The position numbers and the translations under genes were made by a program. A DNA stretch of 64,000 bases, from positions 1 through 64,000 of the forward strand of contig CAZBBK010000021.1 in assembly GCA_964490075.1 (NCBI GenBank), in the 5' to 3' direction. Every line of letters starts with the position of its first letter. Position 1 is the first letter of the stretch. Source of the stretch: an uncultured Gemmatimonadota bacterium. Its GTDB lineage: Bacteria; GCA-2686955. Of this stretch, positions 36,723 to 47,814 are shown in pieces. The notes beneath the pieces were generated by a model, which had not been told where the DNA came from, made no database searches, and saw only the letters and a program-made list of their open reading frames with translations.

Positions 36723-38099
36723 ATGAATCCCCATATCTTCCGCGAGTACGACATCCGCGGCATCGCCGCCACCGATCTGAGCGACGAGGTCACCCGGGCA
36801 ATCGGACAAGCCTACGGCTCCGAGATTCGCGGCACCGCCGAGCCAGCGCGCGTGGCGGTCGGTCGCGATGCCCGGGTCTCGTCGCCGCGCCTGGCAACGG
36901 CCCTGACCGAAGGCATCAACGCGGCCGGCGTCGACGTGCTCGACATCGGCCTGGTGCCCACCCCCTGCCTCTACCACGCCATCCACGACCTGGGCGTGGA
37001 GGGCGGCGTGATGGTCACCGGCAGCCACAACCCGGGCCACATGAACGGGTTCAAGCTCTGCAAGGGCACCGCGTCGCTCTACGGCGAGGCGATCGGCGAC
37101 CTGGCGCGGAGGATTCGCGAGGCCGACCTCGCGGACGGCGCCGGCGCTTTCGAGGCCATCGACGCGCTCACCCCCTACCTGGACACCCTGGCCGGCCGCA
37201 TCGAGCTGGCCCGCCCCCTGAAGGTGGTGCTCGACGCCGGCAATGGCTCTGGCGGCCCCGCGGCCGAGACCTTCCTGCGCCGCCTCGGCGTCGACCTGGT
37301 GCCGCTCTACTGCGAGCCGGACGGCGACTTCCCCAACCATCCGGCCGACCCGACCGTGCTCGCCAATCTCGAAGATCTGATGCGCACGGTGCGCGAGACC
37401 GGCGCCGACCTGGGGATCGGCCTGGACGGCGACGCCGACCGGGTCGGGGTGGTCGACGATTCCGGACGGGTGATCTGGGGCGATCGCCTGCTGGCACTGT
37501 TCGCCCGCGAGCTGCTCGCCGGGCCCCACGCGGGAGCACCGGTGATCTTCGAGGTGAAATGCTCGCAGGCACTGGTGGAAGAGATCGAGCGCATGGGCGG
37601 TCGGCCGATCATGTGGAAGACCGGCCACTCGTTGATCAAGTCCAAGATGAAGGAGACCGGTGCTCCCCTGGCGGGCGAAATGAGCGGCCACATGTTCTTC
37701 GCCGACGAGTACCACGGCTACGACGACGGGATCTACGCCGCCGGCCGGATCCTGCGCCTGGTAGCGGCCGATTCCCGCCCCTTGTCCGAGATCGCCGACA
37801 CCGTCCCCAACTATCCCTGCACCCCCGAGCTACGGGTCGACTGCGCCGATGCGCGCAAGTTCGACGTGGTGACCGAGGTGCTGGACCATTTCCGCGGCCG
37901 CCGCCAGGTCGTCGACATCGACGGCGCCCGAATCCTCTTCGGCGAAGGCTGGGGACTGGTGCGGGCTTCCAACACCCAGCCGGTGCTGGTGCTGCGCTTC
38001 GAAGGGAAGACCCACGAAGGGATGCGCGCCATCGGCGGCGAGGTGCTCGACTTCCTGGGCCGCCTGGAAGGCGTCGACATCTCCTCCGTAGAGCTCTGA
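36723..38099 (+). CDS. Phosphomannomutase/phosphoglucomutase
   Basis: FREYDIRG, TGSHNP, DGDADR, GEMSGH, RASNTQP. Confidence 0.95.
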   Translation: MNPHIFREYDIRGIAATDLSDEVTRAIGQAYGSEIRGTAEPARVAVGRDARVSSPRLATALTEGINAAGVDVLDIGLVPTPCLYHAIHDLGVEGGVMVTGSHNPGHMNGFKLCKGTASLYGEAIGDLARRIREADLADGAGAFEAIDALTPYLDTLAGRIELARPLKVVLDAGNGSGGPAAETFLRRLGVDLVPLYCEPDGDFPNHPADPTVLANLEDLMRTVRETGADLGIGLDGDADRVGVVDDSGRVIWGDRLLALFARELLAGPHAGAPVIFEVKCSQALVEEIERMGGRPIMWKTGHSLIKSKMKETGAPLAGEMSGHMFFADEYHGYDDGIYAAGRILRLVAADSRPLSEIADTVPNYPCTPELRVDCADARKFDVVTEVLDHFRGRRQVVDIDGARILFGEGWGLVRASNTQPVLVLRFEGKTHEGMRAIGGEVLDFLGRLEGVDISSVEL

Positions 38100-38145
38100 G
38101 CCATCCTGAGGGGTGCGGTATCCCGTGCCCGGAATCCGATTCTAC

Positions 38146-39282
38146 ATGCCACCTTATGAGCTGATCGAGACCACCGAGGACGTGCCGCGACTGGTCGAGA
38201 TCCTGAGCGAATCGTCGATCGTCGGTGTCGACACCGAGGCCGACAGCCTGCACTCCTACTTCGACAAGGTCTGCCTCTTCCAGTTCTCGACCGGCGGGCG
38301 CGACTACATCCTCGATCCCCTGGGCTGCGACGGACTGCAGCAGCTCGCGCCGATCTTCGCCGCCCCGGTGCCCGAAGTGGTGTTCCACGCGGCGGAATAC
38401 GACGTGCTCTGCCTCAAGCGGGACTACCAATTCCGCTTCTCAGCCCTCTTCGATACCATGACCGCGGCGCTTCTGCTCGGCTACGAGCGCATCGGTCTGC
38501 GAGATCTCTTGCTGCAGCATTTCGGCGTCGAGCTGGACAAGCGTTTTCAGCGCGCCCAGTGGGCCCAACGGCCGCTGCCGGAGCCGATGCTGGAGTACGC
38601 CCGACTCGACACCCACTACCTCTGCGAGCTGCGCGAGCTCTTGAGCGAGGAGCTGGTGCGCGCCGGGCGCCTGAGCTGGGCGCAGGAGGAATTCCGTCGC
38701 ATCGCCGCGCGGGAGTGGCCGGAACGCAGCTTCGACCCCGACGATTTCCGCCGCATCAAGGGCGCCGGGCGCTTGAATCCACGCCAGCAGGCGGTGCTGC
38801 GCGAGCTCTTCGTGCTGCGCGACCAGCGTGCCCGAGAACTCGACCGACCGCCCTTCAAGGTCCTCGGCAACCAGACCTTGCTGCTGCTCTCCGAGGCGCA
38901 GCCGCGCGGCGAGTCCGCCCTGCTGCGGGTGCACGGCGTATCGCCCTACGTGGCGCGGCGCATGGGAAAAGAGCTGCTCGCGGCGGTGGGTCGCGGCCTC
39001 AGCGCCGACCCACCCGAGAAGCCGAAATCCTCGCGGCGCTTCAATCCCTACGATCCAGAGATCAAGCAGCGCCTCAAAGGGCTGAAGGGCTGGCGCGAGA
39101 AGGCCGCCGGTCCCTACGGCATTCAGCCGCACGTGCTGGTCCCCAACGCGGTCCTGGAACAGATCGCGACTCGGGGCCCCCTGAGCCCCGAGCAGCTCGC
39201 GGGCCTGGAGGAGATGCGCGCCTGGGCCTTCGCCGAGGTGGGCCGGGAGCTGGCCGCCTTCTCGGCCGAGATCGCCGCGTGA
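38146..39282 (+). CDS. rnd: Ribonuclease D with HRDC domains
   Basis: VDTEAD, HAAEYD, YARLDTHYL (DEDDy exonuclease); RDQRARELDRPPFKV. Confidence 0.9.
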   Translation: MPPYELIETTEDVPRLVEILSESSIVGVDTEADSLHSYFDKVCLFQFSTGGRDYILDPLGCDGLQQLAPIFAAPVPEVVFHAAEYDVLCLKRDYQFRFSALFDTMTAALLLGYERIGLRDLLLQHFGVELDKRFQRAQWAQRPLPEPMLEYARLDTHYLCELRELLSEELVRAGRLSWAQEEFRRIAAREWPERSFDPDDFRRIKGAGRLNPRQQAVLRELFVLRDQRARELDRPPFKVLGNQTLLLLSEAQPRGESALLRVHGVSPYVARRMGKELLAAVGRGLSADPPEKPKSSRRFNPYDPEIKQRLKGLKGWREKAAGPYGIQPHVLVPNAVLEQIATRGPLSPEQLAGLEEMRAWAFAEVGRELAAFSAEIAA

Positions 39283-40421
39283 GTGGGGTCGAGTTCTTCC
39301 GTCACGAGCTCGGCGAGGCCGAGCTGGAGTCGCTGCGCCAGGCCCTGGCCGGCCGCTTCCTGACCACCGGGCCCCTGACCGACCGCTTCGAGGAGCGTTT
39401 GGCCGCCTACCTCGGCGTGCCGCACGCGGTCGGGGTCACGAGCTGCACCGCCGCCATGCACCTGGCCCTGCTGGCCTGGGGAATCGGCCCCGGAGATCAG
39501 GTGATCACCACGCCCCTGACCTTCATGGCCACGGCCAACGCGGTGCTGCACGCCGGCGCTACACCGGTCTTCGCCGACGTCGATCCGACCACCGGCAACC
39601 TCGATCCCGCCGCGGTGGAGGCGGCGATCGGGCCCCGCTCGCGGGCGATTCTGGCGGTCCATCTCTATGGCGTGATGTGCGACATGCCGGCGCTGCAGCG
39701 GGTCGCCGAGCGCGCCGGGCTGGTGCTGGTGGAGGATGCCGCCCACTGCGTGGAGGGACGGCGCGGGGAGGCTCGGCCGGGGTCGCATTCCGAGGCCGCC
39801 TGCTTCTCCTTTTACGCCACCAAGAACCTGAGCGCCGGAGAAGGCGGAGCGATCGCTCTGCACGACGCCGAGCGGCGCGATCTGCTGCGGCGGCTGCGCC
39901 TGCACGGGATGACCAAAGAGGCCCATCTGCGCCACCAGGGGGCGGCGCGCGGCCCCGGCTACGACATGGATGTGCTGGGCTGGAAGTACAACATGGACAC
40001 CATCCAGGCCGCCCTGCTGCTGCCGCAGCTCGAGCGCATCGAGGAGACTCTGCGGCGGCGGCGGCGGGCCTGGTCGTGGATGCTCGAGGAGGTCGGCGAG
40101 CTCGACCAGGTCGAGCTGCCGCGGATTCCGCCAGACTGCGAGAGCGCCTGTCATCTGTTCTCGATCTGGGTGGAGGCGGCGCGCCGCGATTCGATTCTGG
40201 AGGCGCTGCGCGCGCGCGGCATCGGCTGCGCCGTGAACTTCGTGCCGGTGCATCGCCTGGACTACTACCGGGCGCGATTCGACCTGCCCGCCGGGGCCTT
40301 TCCGGTGGCCGAGTCGATCGCCGCGCGGACCATCACTCTGCCCTTCTACCCCTCGATCTCCCGCGACGAGGTGACGCGGGTAGGACGGGCGCTCCGAGAG
40401 GCTTTGGACGGCGGTGGCTGA
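39279..40421 (+). CDS. DegT/DnrJ/EryC1/StrS PLP-dependent sugar aminotransferase
   Basis: TSCTAAMHLAL, EDAAH, FSFYATKNL, GWKYNM. Confidence 0.93.
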   Translation: MSGVEFFRHELGEAELESLRQALAGRFLTTGPLTDRFEERLAAYLGVPHAVGVTSCTAAMHLALLAWGIGPGDQVITTPLTFMATANAVLHAGATPVFADVDPTTGNLDPAAVEAAIGPRSRAILAVHLYGVMCDMPALQRVAERAGLVLVEDAAHCVEGRRGEARPGSHSEAACFSFYATKNLSAGEGGAIALHDAERRDLLRRLRLHGMTKEAHLRHQGAARGPGYDMDVLGWKYNMDTIQAALLLPQLERIEETLRRRRRAWSWMLEEVGELDQVELPRIPPDCESACHLFSIWVEAARRDSILEALRARGIGCAVNFVPVHRLDYYRARFDLPAGAFPVAESIAARTITLPFYPSISRDEVTRVGRALREALDGGG

Positions 40422-41241
40422 GAGGAGAGGGGCGCTGGCGGTGGTGCGCGGCGGCGGCGAGCTCGGTTCCGGCATCGCCCATGCGCTGCACCGCGCCGGG
40501 TTGCGCGTGGTGGTGGTCGACCGAATTCCGCCGAGCGCACTGCGCCACGGGGTGGCCTTCGCATCCGCCGCAGTGCGCGGCGAGATCGAGGTCGAGGGGG
40601 TGCGGGCGCTGCATTGCACCACGGCGGGTGCGCTGCGCGCGGCACTCGGCGCGGGCCGGGTCGCGGTCTGGACGGGGGACGAAGAAAGCCTCGACGAGCG
40701 ACCTCGAGTGCTGGTCGAGGCACGCATGCGCAACCTCGAAGGCTCGCGGGTGCGGATCGACGAGGCGCCGGTGGTGCTGGGCCTGGGCCCGGGAATCGTC
40801 GCCGGCCGCGACGCCCACTACGTGATCGAGACCAATCGCGGACCCCATCTGGGCCGGGTGGTGAGGGCGGGCCCGGCGGAGCCCCACAACGGCGTGCCCG
40901 GCGACGTGCTCGGCTACCGCGAGGAGCGAATCCTGCGGGCGCCGCGCAAGGGCGTGTTCCGGAGGCTGCTCGACCTGGGCGACTTCGTCGAGGAGGGCGA
41001 GGTGGTGGGGCGGGTCGAGGGCGAGCCAGTGCGCGCCGCGCTGCGCGGCATGATCCGCGGGCTGAAGCTCACGGGGATCGAGGTGGGGGCCGGGCACAAG
41101 GTCGGCGACGTCGATCCGCGTCGCGATTCCGCGCTGCTCACCACCATCACCGACAAATCGAAGGCTCTCGGAGAGGGCGCTTTACGGGCCCTGGCGCTGG
41201 CCAGCAAGTCGCCGCCGAGTGCTGGTGGCGGAATCGAATGA
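40414..41241 (+). CDS. yqeB: Selenium-dependent molybdenum hydroxylase accessory protein, YqeB family
   Basis: VRGGGELGSG, ETNRGPHLGR, ERILRAP, GMIRGL, KVGDVDPR, ITDKS. Confidence 0.85.
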   Translation: MAERRGALAVVRGGGELGSGIAHALHRAGLRVVVVDRIPPSALRHGVAFASAAVRGEIEVEGVRALHCTTAGALRAALGAGRVAVWTGDEESLDERPRVLVEARMRNLEGSRVRIDEAPVVLGLGPGIVAGRDAHYVIETNRGPHLGRVVRAGPAEPHNGVPGDVLGYREERILRAPRKGVFRRLLDLGDFVEEGEVVGRVEGEPVRAALRGMIRGLKLTGIEVGAGHKVGDVDPRRDSALLTTITDKSKALGEGALRALALASKSPPSAGGGIE

Positions 41242-41298
41242 TGGCTCGATGCTGTTGGGTCTGAAACCGATCGAGAGGCGATCGAGGCGTAGGTGACC

Positions 41299-44007
41299 AT
41301 GCACGAGAAAGCAGAGCAACTCGAGCGCAGTCTCGCCGATGCCACCGGGCGGACTCGGGTCGATCTGCTGGTTCGGCTGGGGCGCATTCGGGGTCGCAGC
41401 GATGCAGCCTTGGCCCGTGGCTTGCTGGAAGACGCCCTCGCGTCCGCTCTGCGAAACGACTACCCGGCCGGCGAGGCGGCGGCCCGCATCGAGCTGGGGA
41501 TGCGGTCCACGATCGAATCCGATCTGCCTGCGGCCGAGTCGCAGCTCCGCCGCGGCCTGGAGATCGCCCTCGAAGAGGACGATCTGCGCAAGGTGATCCG
41601 TGCCCGCGACGGCCTGGCGGACGTCAAGAACCTCTCGGGCGACTTCCTCGAAGCGCTCGAGATCTGCATGGAGACGCTGAAGCTGATCGAGGAAGCCGAC
41701 GCCGAGATCGATCCTTCGACGACCTTGAACCACCTGGGCCACATCTACTTCCGCCTTGGCGACAACGATCGCTCGCTGGAGTACCACCAGCGTGTCGTCG
41801 AATGGGCTCAGGCGTCCGGAGATCCGGAGCGAATCGCCACCGCTTTCAACAACGCCGGCGTGCTGCTGCGGCAAAAGGGCTGCGACCGCGAGGCGCTCGC
41901 GGAGCTGCGCAAGTCCCTCCTCCACGCCCGCCAGGGCGCAAGCCGGCGAACCCTGTCGCGAACCCTCAGCAACGTGGCGTTCACGCTGATCAAGCTGGAG
42001 GAGCTTCCCCGGGCTCATGCCTACGCCGAAAGCGCGCTCAAAGTGAACCGATCGAGCGACAACCCGATGGGAGATCTCGACGCCCTGCGCTCCCTGAGCT
42101 CGGCGTTATTCGGACTGAAACGCTACGACGACGCGATCGCGGCGCTCTCCAAAGCGCTGCGCATCGCCGAAACGCACGCTCTTCCCTTGGAGCTGCAAAA
42201 CTGTCTCAGGCGGCTGTCGGCGGTGTACGAGGAGCAGGGTCGGTTCCAGGAAGCCCTGGAGGCTCTGAAGCGATCTCGAGACCTGCGCGAGCGGCTGCTC
42301 GGCGAAGAGAAGGCCCGTCTCTTCAGTGAAGCAGAGGCCCGCTACAAGAGCGAGATCTACCAGTTGGAAAATGTGCGTCTGGCAGCCGCCAACCGCGAGA
42401 TCTCGACGCAGCGCGAGCTCCTCGAACACGCCAGAGACGAAGCCCAGGCCGCCGACCGCGCCAAGAGCGAGTTTCTGGCAATCATGAGCCATGAGGTCCG
42501 CACACCGCTCAACGGCGTGCTGGGCATGGCCGATCTGCTCAAAGACACCGCGCTGAGCGACCAGCAGCAAGATTATGTCGAGACGATTCGCATGTCGGGC
42601 GAGGCGCTGCTCTCGGTGCTCAACGACATTCTCGACTTCTCCAAGATCGAGGCCGGCAAGCTGGAGATCGATGAGAAGGAGTTCGACCTGGTGCTGGCGC
42701 TCGGCGAGCTCGTCACGCTGGTGACATCGCAGGCGCGGCAGAAGAGCCTGGAGCTGATCACGTCGCTCTCCGGCGATTTGCCGGCGCGGGTGCGGGGCGA
42801 CTGGAATCGCTTGCGCCAGATCCTCCTGAACCTCCTCGGCAACGCCCTGAAGTTCACGCCGCGAGGCCGGATCGAGCTCGAAGTGACGCTGGCGGAGGAG
42901 CGCGAGGAGGCGATCGATGTCGACTTCTCGGTGCGCGATACCGGAATCGGCATCGACGAGGAAAAGCAGCACCAGCTCTTCGAGCCCTTCGTGCAGACCG
43001 ATCGCTCGATGACCCGAAAGTACGGCGGCACCGGTCTGGGACTGGCGATCTGTCGCCGCCTGGTGGAGATGATGGGGGGCGGCATTGGCGTCGAGAGCCA
43101 CCCGGGCGCTGGCAGCCGGTTCTGGATCACGGTGCCGATGGGGCGCGTCGAGCAGCTGCCGGCGCCGCCGCCGCCGGCCGGCGCGGAGCTGGAGGGGGTG
43201 CGCATTCTGATCGTCGAGAGCGACCCCTCCCAGTCCGCCACCATCGAGGCCCTGGTGAGCCGCTGGTGCCGGGTCGACCGGGCCCTCGATGCGGCCGCGG
43301 CGCTCGAGGCCCTCGGGCAGGCGGCCGGCGACCGGGATCGCTTCTCGGCCGCGCTGATCAGTCTGAGATTGCCCGGAACGTCGGGCATCGAGCTGGGACG
43401 GCTGATTCGGCGCGACGAGCGCTTTTGCGATCTTCCCATGATCCTGATGTCGGCGGTGGTTCGCGCCAGCGACGTCGGGGAGGCCGGACGGGCCGGGTTC
43501 GAGGCCTACCTGGCCAAGCCGCTGCGGCCCAGCAGAACCCTCGCCTGCATCCGAAACGCGCTCGAGCTGGAGCCCCGCGCACCGAGCATCGATGCAGATG
43601 CACACCCACCCGCCGAGCGGCGGCAAGCAGAAGTGCTCGTCGTCGAGGACAACGCGGTGAATCGGGAGGTTTCGGTGCGCATGATCGAGCAGCTCGGGCA
43701 CCGGGTCGAGGTGGCCGAGGACGGCGCCCAAGCGCTCGCCGCCGTCGAGCGGAGCTCATTCGACATCGTGTTCATGGACTGCCAGATGCCGGTGATGGAC
43801 GGCTACGAGGCCACGCGCCGCATTCGGGCGCTCCCGGAACGCAGCCGCCGCCTGCCGATCGTCGCCATGACGGCCCACGCGATGGACCCCGATCGCGCCC
43901 GCTGCCTCGCCGCGGGGATGGACGACTACATCTCCAAGCCCTTCACCAGCAAAGAGATCGCCGCGGCGCTGGCGAAGTGGCTGGCGGCCCGCAAGGACGA
44001 CGGATGA
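41299..44007 (+). CDS. Soluble TPR-repeat hybrid histidine kinase (TPR-HisKA-HATPase-REC-REC)
   Basis: TPR repeats; [36 protein letters not shown]. No TM seen. Confidence 0.92.
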   Translation: MHEKAEQLERSLADATGRTRVDLLVRLGRIRGRSDAALARGLLEDALASALRNDYPAGEAAARIELGMRSTIESDLPAAESQLRRGLEIALEEDDLRKVIRARDGLADVKNLSGDFLEALEICMETLKLIEEADAEIDPSTTLNHLGHIYFRLGDNDRSLEYHQRVVEWAQASGDPERIATAFNNAGVLLRQKGCDREALAELRKSLLHARQGASRRTLSRTLSNVAFTLIKLEELPRAHAYAESALKVNRSSDNPMGDLDALRSLSSALFGLKRYDDAIAALSKALRIAETHALPLELQNCLRRLSAVYEEQGRFQEALEALKRSRDLRERLLGEEKARLFSEAEARYKSEIYQLENVRLAAANREISTQRELLEHARDEAQAADRAKSEFLAIMSHEVRTPLNGVLGMADLLKDTALSDQQQDYVETIRMSGEALLSVLNDILDFSKIEAGKLEIDEKEFDLVLALGELVTLVTSQARQKSLELITSLSGDLPARVRGDWNRLRQILLNLLGNALKFTPRGRIELEVTLAEEREEAIDVDFSVRDTGIGIDEEKQHQLFEPFVQTDRSMTRKYGGTGLGLAICRRLVEMMGGGIGVESHPGAGSRFWITVPMGRVEQLPAPPPPAGAELEGVRILIVESDPSQSATIEALVSRWCRVDRALDAAAALEALGQAAGDRDRFSAALISLRLPGTSGIELGRLIRRDERFCDLPMILMSAVVRASDVGEAGRAGFEAYLAKPLRPSRTLACIRNALELEPRAPSIDADAHPPAERRQAEVLVVEDNAVNREVSVRMIEQLGHRVEVAEDGAQALAAVERSSFDIVFMDCQMPVMDGYEATRRIRALPERSRRLPIVAMTAHAMDPDRARCLAAGMDDYISKPFTSKEIAAALAKWLAARKDDG

Positions 44008-44075
44008 AGGCTGCCGGAGAGCCGGGCTATACTGCCTGCCGCGGACGGGAGCACGAACCACGAAAGCAACGGTGC

Positions 44076-44936
44076 ATGTACCTGGCACTCGAACACTACG
44101 ACCGTCCCACCACCGTGGAGCAATGCCTGCGCCTGCTTCAGGGCGCGGGGGAGCGAGCGGCGATCCTGGCCGGCGGCACGGAGCTGAACGTGCGCGGCCA
44201 CGAGGAGCTGACGCGGGTCGTCGATCTGCAGGGACTGGGGCTCGACCAGCTGCGGGTCGAGGGAGCCCGGCCGCGAATCGGAGCCGCCCTCACCCTGAGC
44301 CGCATTCTCGAGCTTCCGGAGCTGGAGGGGGCGCCCTACCGGGCGCTGCGCGAGGCGTGCGCGGCCTTCGCCAACGTCGCGATCCAGAATCGCAGCACCA
44401 TCGGTGGCCGGGTCATGAGCGATTCGCCCGACCAGGACCTGCCCTGCGCCCTGGCGGTGCTCGGCGCCCGGCTGCGCCTGGCGCGCCTGGCCGGCGACCA
44501 GGTGCGCGAGGAGACCATCGACTACCCGACCGATCCCGCAGCGCGCGCGGCTCTGCGGGGTGCGCTGCTGCTGGAAGTGGAGCTGCCGCCGGCGCACGGG
44601 TCGAGCGCCTTGCGCCGCAGCGGGCGCAGCGCCGTCGACGTGCCTCTGGCGGTGGTGGCGGCGGCGCGCAACGAGGCCGATCTGCGGCTGGCGGCCAACC
44701 TGCAGGGCGGCACGGCCGCCGAGTCGCTGCGGCGCCTGCCAGCGACCGAGGCCCTGGCAAAGGACTGGGGCGACGCGCGCCCGGCCGACTGGCGCGCGCA
44801 GGCGCGCGGCGCGCTGCTCGAAGAGTTGGTCGCCTTCCACGACGCCCGCGCCAGCGGCGAGTACCGCCGCGACCTGGGCGCCACCCTGGGGGTGCGGGCG
44901 CTGGCGGCGGTCTTCGGAGAGGACGAGCGGATATGA
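44076..44936 (+). CDS. Molybdenum hydroxylase FAD-binding subunit (YgfM/XdhB-like)
   Basis: RPTTVEQ, AGGTEL, IQNRSTIGG, DARASGEYR. Confidence 0.85.
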   Translation: MYLALEHYDRPTTVEQCLRLLQGAGERAAILAGGTELNVRGHEELTRVVDLQGLGLDQLRVEGARPRIGAALTLSRILELPELEGAPYRALREACAAFANVAIQNRSTIGGRVMSDSPDQDLPCALAVLGARLRLARLAGDQVREETIDYPTDPAARAALRGALLLEVELPPAHGSSALRRSGRSAVDVPLAVVAAARNEADLRLAANLQGGTAAESLRRLPATEALAKDWGDARPADWRAQARGALLEELVAFHDARASGEYRRDLGATLGVRALAAVFGEDERI

Positions 44937-45400
44937 AGATCGAGCTCAAGGTCAATGGCGACGCGGTCTCGTGGCGCTGCGAGCCGCACGAGTTCCTGAC
45001 CGAGGTGCTGCGGCGCCACGGCCTGAGGGGCACCAAGCGGGGCTGCGAGTCGGGCGACTGCGGTGCCTGCGCGGTGCTCTTGGACGGCCGCGAGGTGCCG
45101 AGCTGCATCGTGTTGGCGGCCCAGGCCGCGGGGCACGAGCTCACCACCATCGAGGCGCTCGGCGATTTCGAGAGACCCCATCCCATCCAGGAAGCCTTCG
45201 TGGAGAGCACGGCGATCCAGTGCGGCTATTGCACCCCGGGCATGGTGATCGCCACCGAGGAGCTCTTGCGGCGCACCCCGACACCCACCGAGGCGCAGGT
45301 GCGCACCCGTCTGGCCGGCCACGTCTGCCGCTGTACCGGCCACATCAAGCCGATCGAAGCGGTGCTGCGGGCCGCCGAGAGCATGAGGGGGCGATCATGA
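44933..45400 (+). CDS. Molybdenum hydroxylase [2Fe-2S] subunit
   Basis: GCESGDCGAC, QCGYCTPG, CRCTG. Confidence 0.93.
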   Translation: MKIELKVNGDAVSWRCEPHEFLTEVLRRHGLRGTKRGCESGDCGACAVLLDGREVPSCIVLAAQAAGHELTTIEALGDFERPHPIQEAFVESTAIQCGYCTPGMVIATEELLRRTPTPTEAQVRTRLAGHVCRCTGHIKPIEAVLRAAESMRGRS

Positions 45401-47814
45401 GCGGCCCAGGAAAGGGAGAAGGCGCGCGTTCGAAGGCGTGGGACACCGGCGCCGAGCGCATCGACGAGCAGGATCGCTACCGCGTGGTCGGCAAGAACGA
45501 GCGCCGCGTCGACGCCCTCAAGCTGGCGCTCGGCAAGGGCACCTACACCGACGATCTGGCGCTGCCCGACACCTTGCACCTGAAGGTACTGTGGAGCCCC
45601 CACGCCCACGCCCGCATCCGGTCGATCGACACCAGCAAGGCCGAGCAGGCCGACGGGGTGGCGCTGATCCTGCACCATGGCAACGTCCCCCGGATTCCCT
45701 ACACCACCGCCGGCCAGGGTCATCCCGAGCCCTCGCCTTACGACCAGTTCGTCTTTCCGCGCAAGGTCCGCTTCGTGGGCGACCGGGTGGCCTGCGTCGC
45801 CGCCGAGAGCGAGCGCGCCGCGGCCCGCGCGCTGCGTCTGATCGAGGTCGACTACGAGCCGCTGGAGCCGATCTTCGATCCGCGGCGCAGCCTGGAGCCG
45901 GGGGCCCCGGTGATCCACGACGAGCCCGAGGCGACCGGGCTGCCCGACTACCAGCCAAGCCGCAACATCGCCGCCGAGATGGCGGTCACCCACGGCGACA
46001 TCGACGCCGCCTTCGCCGCCGCCGACCTGGTGCTGGAGCACGACTACTCGGTGCCCTACCAGCACCACGCCTGTCTGGAGCCGCACGCCGCGCTCACCTG
46101 GCTCGACGAAGACAACCGCCTGGTGGTGCGGGTCGCCACCCAGGTGCCCTTCCACAGCCGGCGGATCCTGGCGCGCATTCTGGACCTGCCCTTGCATCGG
46201 ATCCGGGTGATCAAGCCGCGCATCGGCGGCGGCTTCGGCGGCAAGCAGGAGATCCTGCTGGAAGACCTGCCGGCGCTGGTGACCCTGCGCACCGGCCGGC
46301 CGGCCCGACTGGTGCTGACCCGCCCCGAAGAGATCGCCTCGTCGCGCACCCGCCATCCCCAGCTGCTGCGCTGGAAAACCGGCGTCAGCAGCTCGGGCGA
46401 GGTGTTGGCTCAGGAGCTCGAGGTGCTGGCCAACACCGGCGCCTACGGCGCCCACGCGCTCACCGTCCAGACCTGCACCGCGGGCAAGACGCTGCCCCTC
46501 TACCGCGCCGACGCCTACCGCTTCTTGATGAAAGCCGTCTACACCAATCTGCCGGTGGCCGGGGCCTTCCGGGGCTATGGCGGACCGCAGGGTTTCGTCG
46601 CCCTGGAATGCCACATGGACGAGGTCGCCGAGCGGCTCGGCATCGACCCGCTGGAATTCCGTCGCCGCAATGTGATCGGACCGGGTCACGACAACGCCCT
46701 GGCGCAGGCCCTGGGCGAAGGCAAGGAGGGTCCGCCCCAGCGCATTCGCTCCTGCGCCGTGCAGGAGTGCCTCGAACGCGGGCGCCAGGCCATCGGCTGG
46801 GAGCGCCGCGCCACGCTGCAACGCACCGGCACGCTGCGCAGGGGCATCGGCATGAGCTGTCTGATGCACGGCTCCGGCATTCCCGGAGTCGACATGGGTT
46901 CGGCGCGGCTAAAGCTCAACGAAGATGGCTCTTTCAACCTCCACGTCGGCGCCACCGATATCGGCACCGGCTCCGACACCATCCTCTCGCAGATCGCCGC
47001 CGAGACCCTGGCGGTGCCGCTCGACAAGATCGTCATCTACTCATCCGACACCGACCACACCCCCTTCGACACCGGCGCCTACGCATCGAGCACCACCTTT
47101 ATCTCGGGCAGCGCGGTACGCAAGGCGAGCGAACGGGTGCTCGGTCAGCTCTTCGAGGCCGCCGCCGAGATCTGGCGCGGCCGCGGTGAAGCGGTCGAAG
47201 TCGACCGACTGAGCGCCGAAGATGGCCGCGTTCTGCGTCCCGACGGGAAAAGCCTGGGCTACGACGAAATCTGTCTCTCGACCTTCTACACCCACGACCA
47301 GCACCAGATCATGGACCACGGCTCGCATATGAGCTTCGAGTGTCCACCGCCCTTCTCGGCCCATTTCGCCGAGGTCGAGGTCGACACCGAGACCGGAGTG
47401 GTGCGCATCATCAAATATGTCGCCGCCGTCGACTGCGGAGTGGCGATTCATCCGCGCAGCGCCGAAGGCCAGACCGAGGGCGGCGCCTGCATGTCGATGG
47501 GCTACGCGCTCAGCGAGGATTTCGTCTTCGACGCCGGCGGGCGCCTTCTGAACGACACCTTCAGAGACTACAAACAGTTCACCGCGCTCGATGTGCCGCC
47601 TTTCGAGACGATTCTGGTGCGCTCCTTCGAGCCGGCCGGGCCCTACGGCGCCAAGAGCGTCTCCGAGATCCCCTCGGACGGTCCCGGCCCCACCATCGCC
47701 AACGCCCTGGCCGACGCGCTCGGAATCCGCTTCCGCGAGCTGCCCTTGACGCCGGAGAGGATCCGCCGCGCCTGGCTGGAGCGGCAGGGCCGCCCCCTGG
47801 AGTCGTCGCCATGA
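45397..47814 (+). CDS. Xanthine-dehydrogenase-family molybdopterin subunit (XdhD/YgfN-like)
   Basis: YTTAGQGHPEPSPYD, IGGGFGGKQ, AFRGYGGPQ, GAYASS, GAKSVSE. Confidence 0.92.
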   Translation: MSGPGKGEGARSKAWDTGAERIDEQDRYRVVGKNERRVDALKLALGKGTYTDDLALPDTLHLKVLWSPHAHARIRSIDTSKAEQADGVALILHHGNVPRIPYTTAGQGHPEPSPYDQFVFPRKVRFVGDRVACVAAESERAAARALRLIEVDYEPLEPIFDPRRSLEPGAPVIHDEPEATGLPDYQPSRNIAAEMAVTHGDIDAAFAAADLVLEHDYSVPYQHHACLEPHAALTWLDEDNRLVVRVATQVPFHSRRILARILDLPLHRIRVIKPRIGGGFGGKQEILLEDLPALVTLRTGRPARLVLTRPEEIASSRTRHPQLLRWKTGVSSSGEVLAQELEVLANTGAYGAHALTVQTCTAGKTLPLYRADAYRFLMKAVYTNLPVAGAFRGYGGPQGFVALECHMDEVAERLGIDPLEFRRRNVIGPGHDNALAQALGEGKEGPPQRIRSCAVQECLERGRQAIGWERRATLQRTGTLRRGIGMSCLMHGSGIPGVDMGSARLKLNEDGSFNLHVGATDIGTGSDTILSQIAAETLAVPLDKIVIYSSDTDHTPFDTGAYASSTTFISGSAVRKASERVLGQLFEAAAEIWRGRGEAVEVDRLSAEDGRVLRPDGKSLGYDEICLSTFYTHDQHQIMDHGSHMSFECPPPFSAHFAEVEVDTETGVVRIIKYVAAVDCGVAIHPRSAEGQTEGGACMSMGYALSEDFVFDAGGRLLNDTFRDYKQFTALDVPPFETILVRSFEPAGPYGAKSVSEIPSDGPGPTIANALADALGIRFRELPLTPERIRRAWLERQGRPLESSP

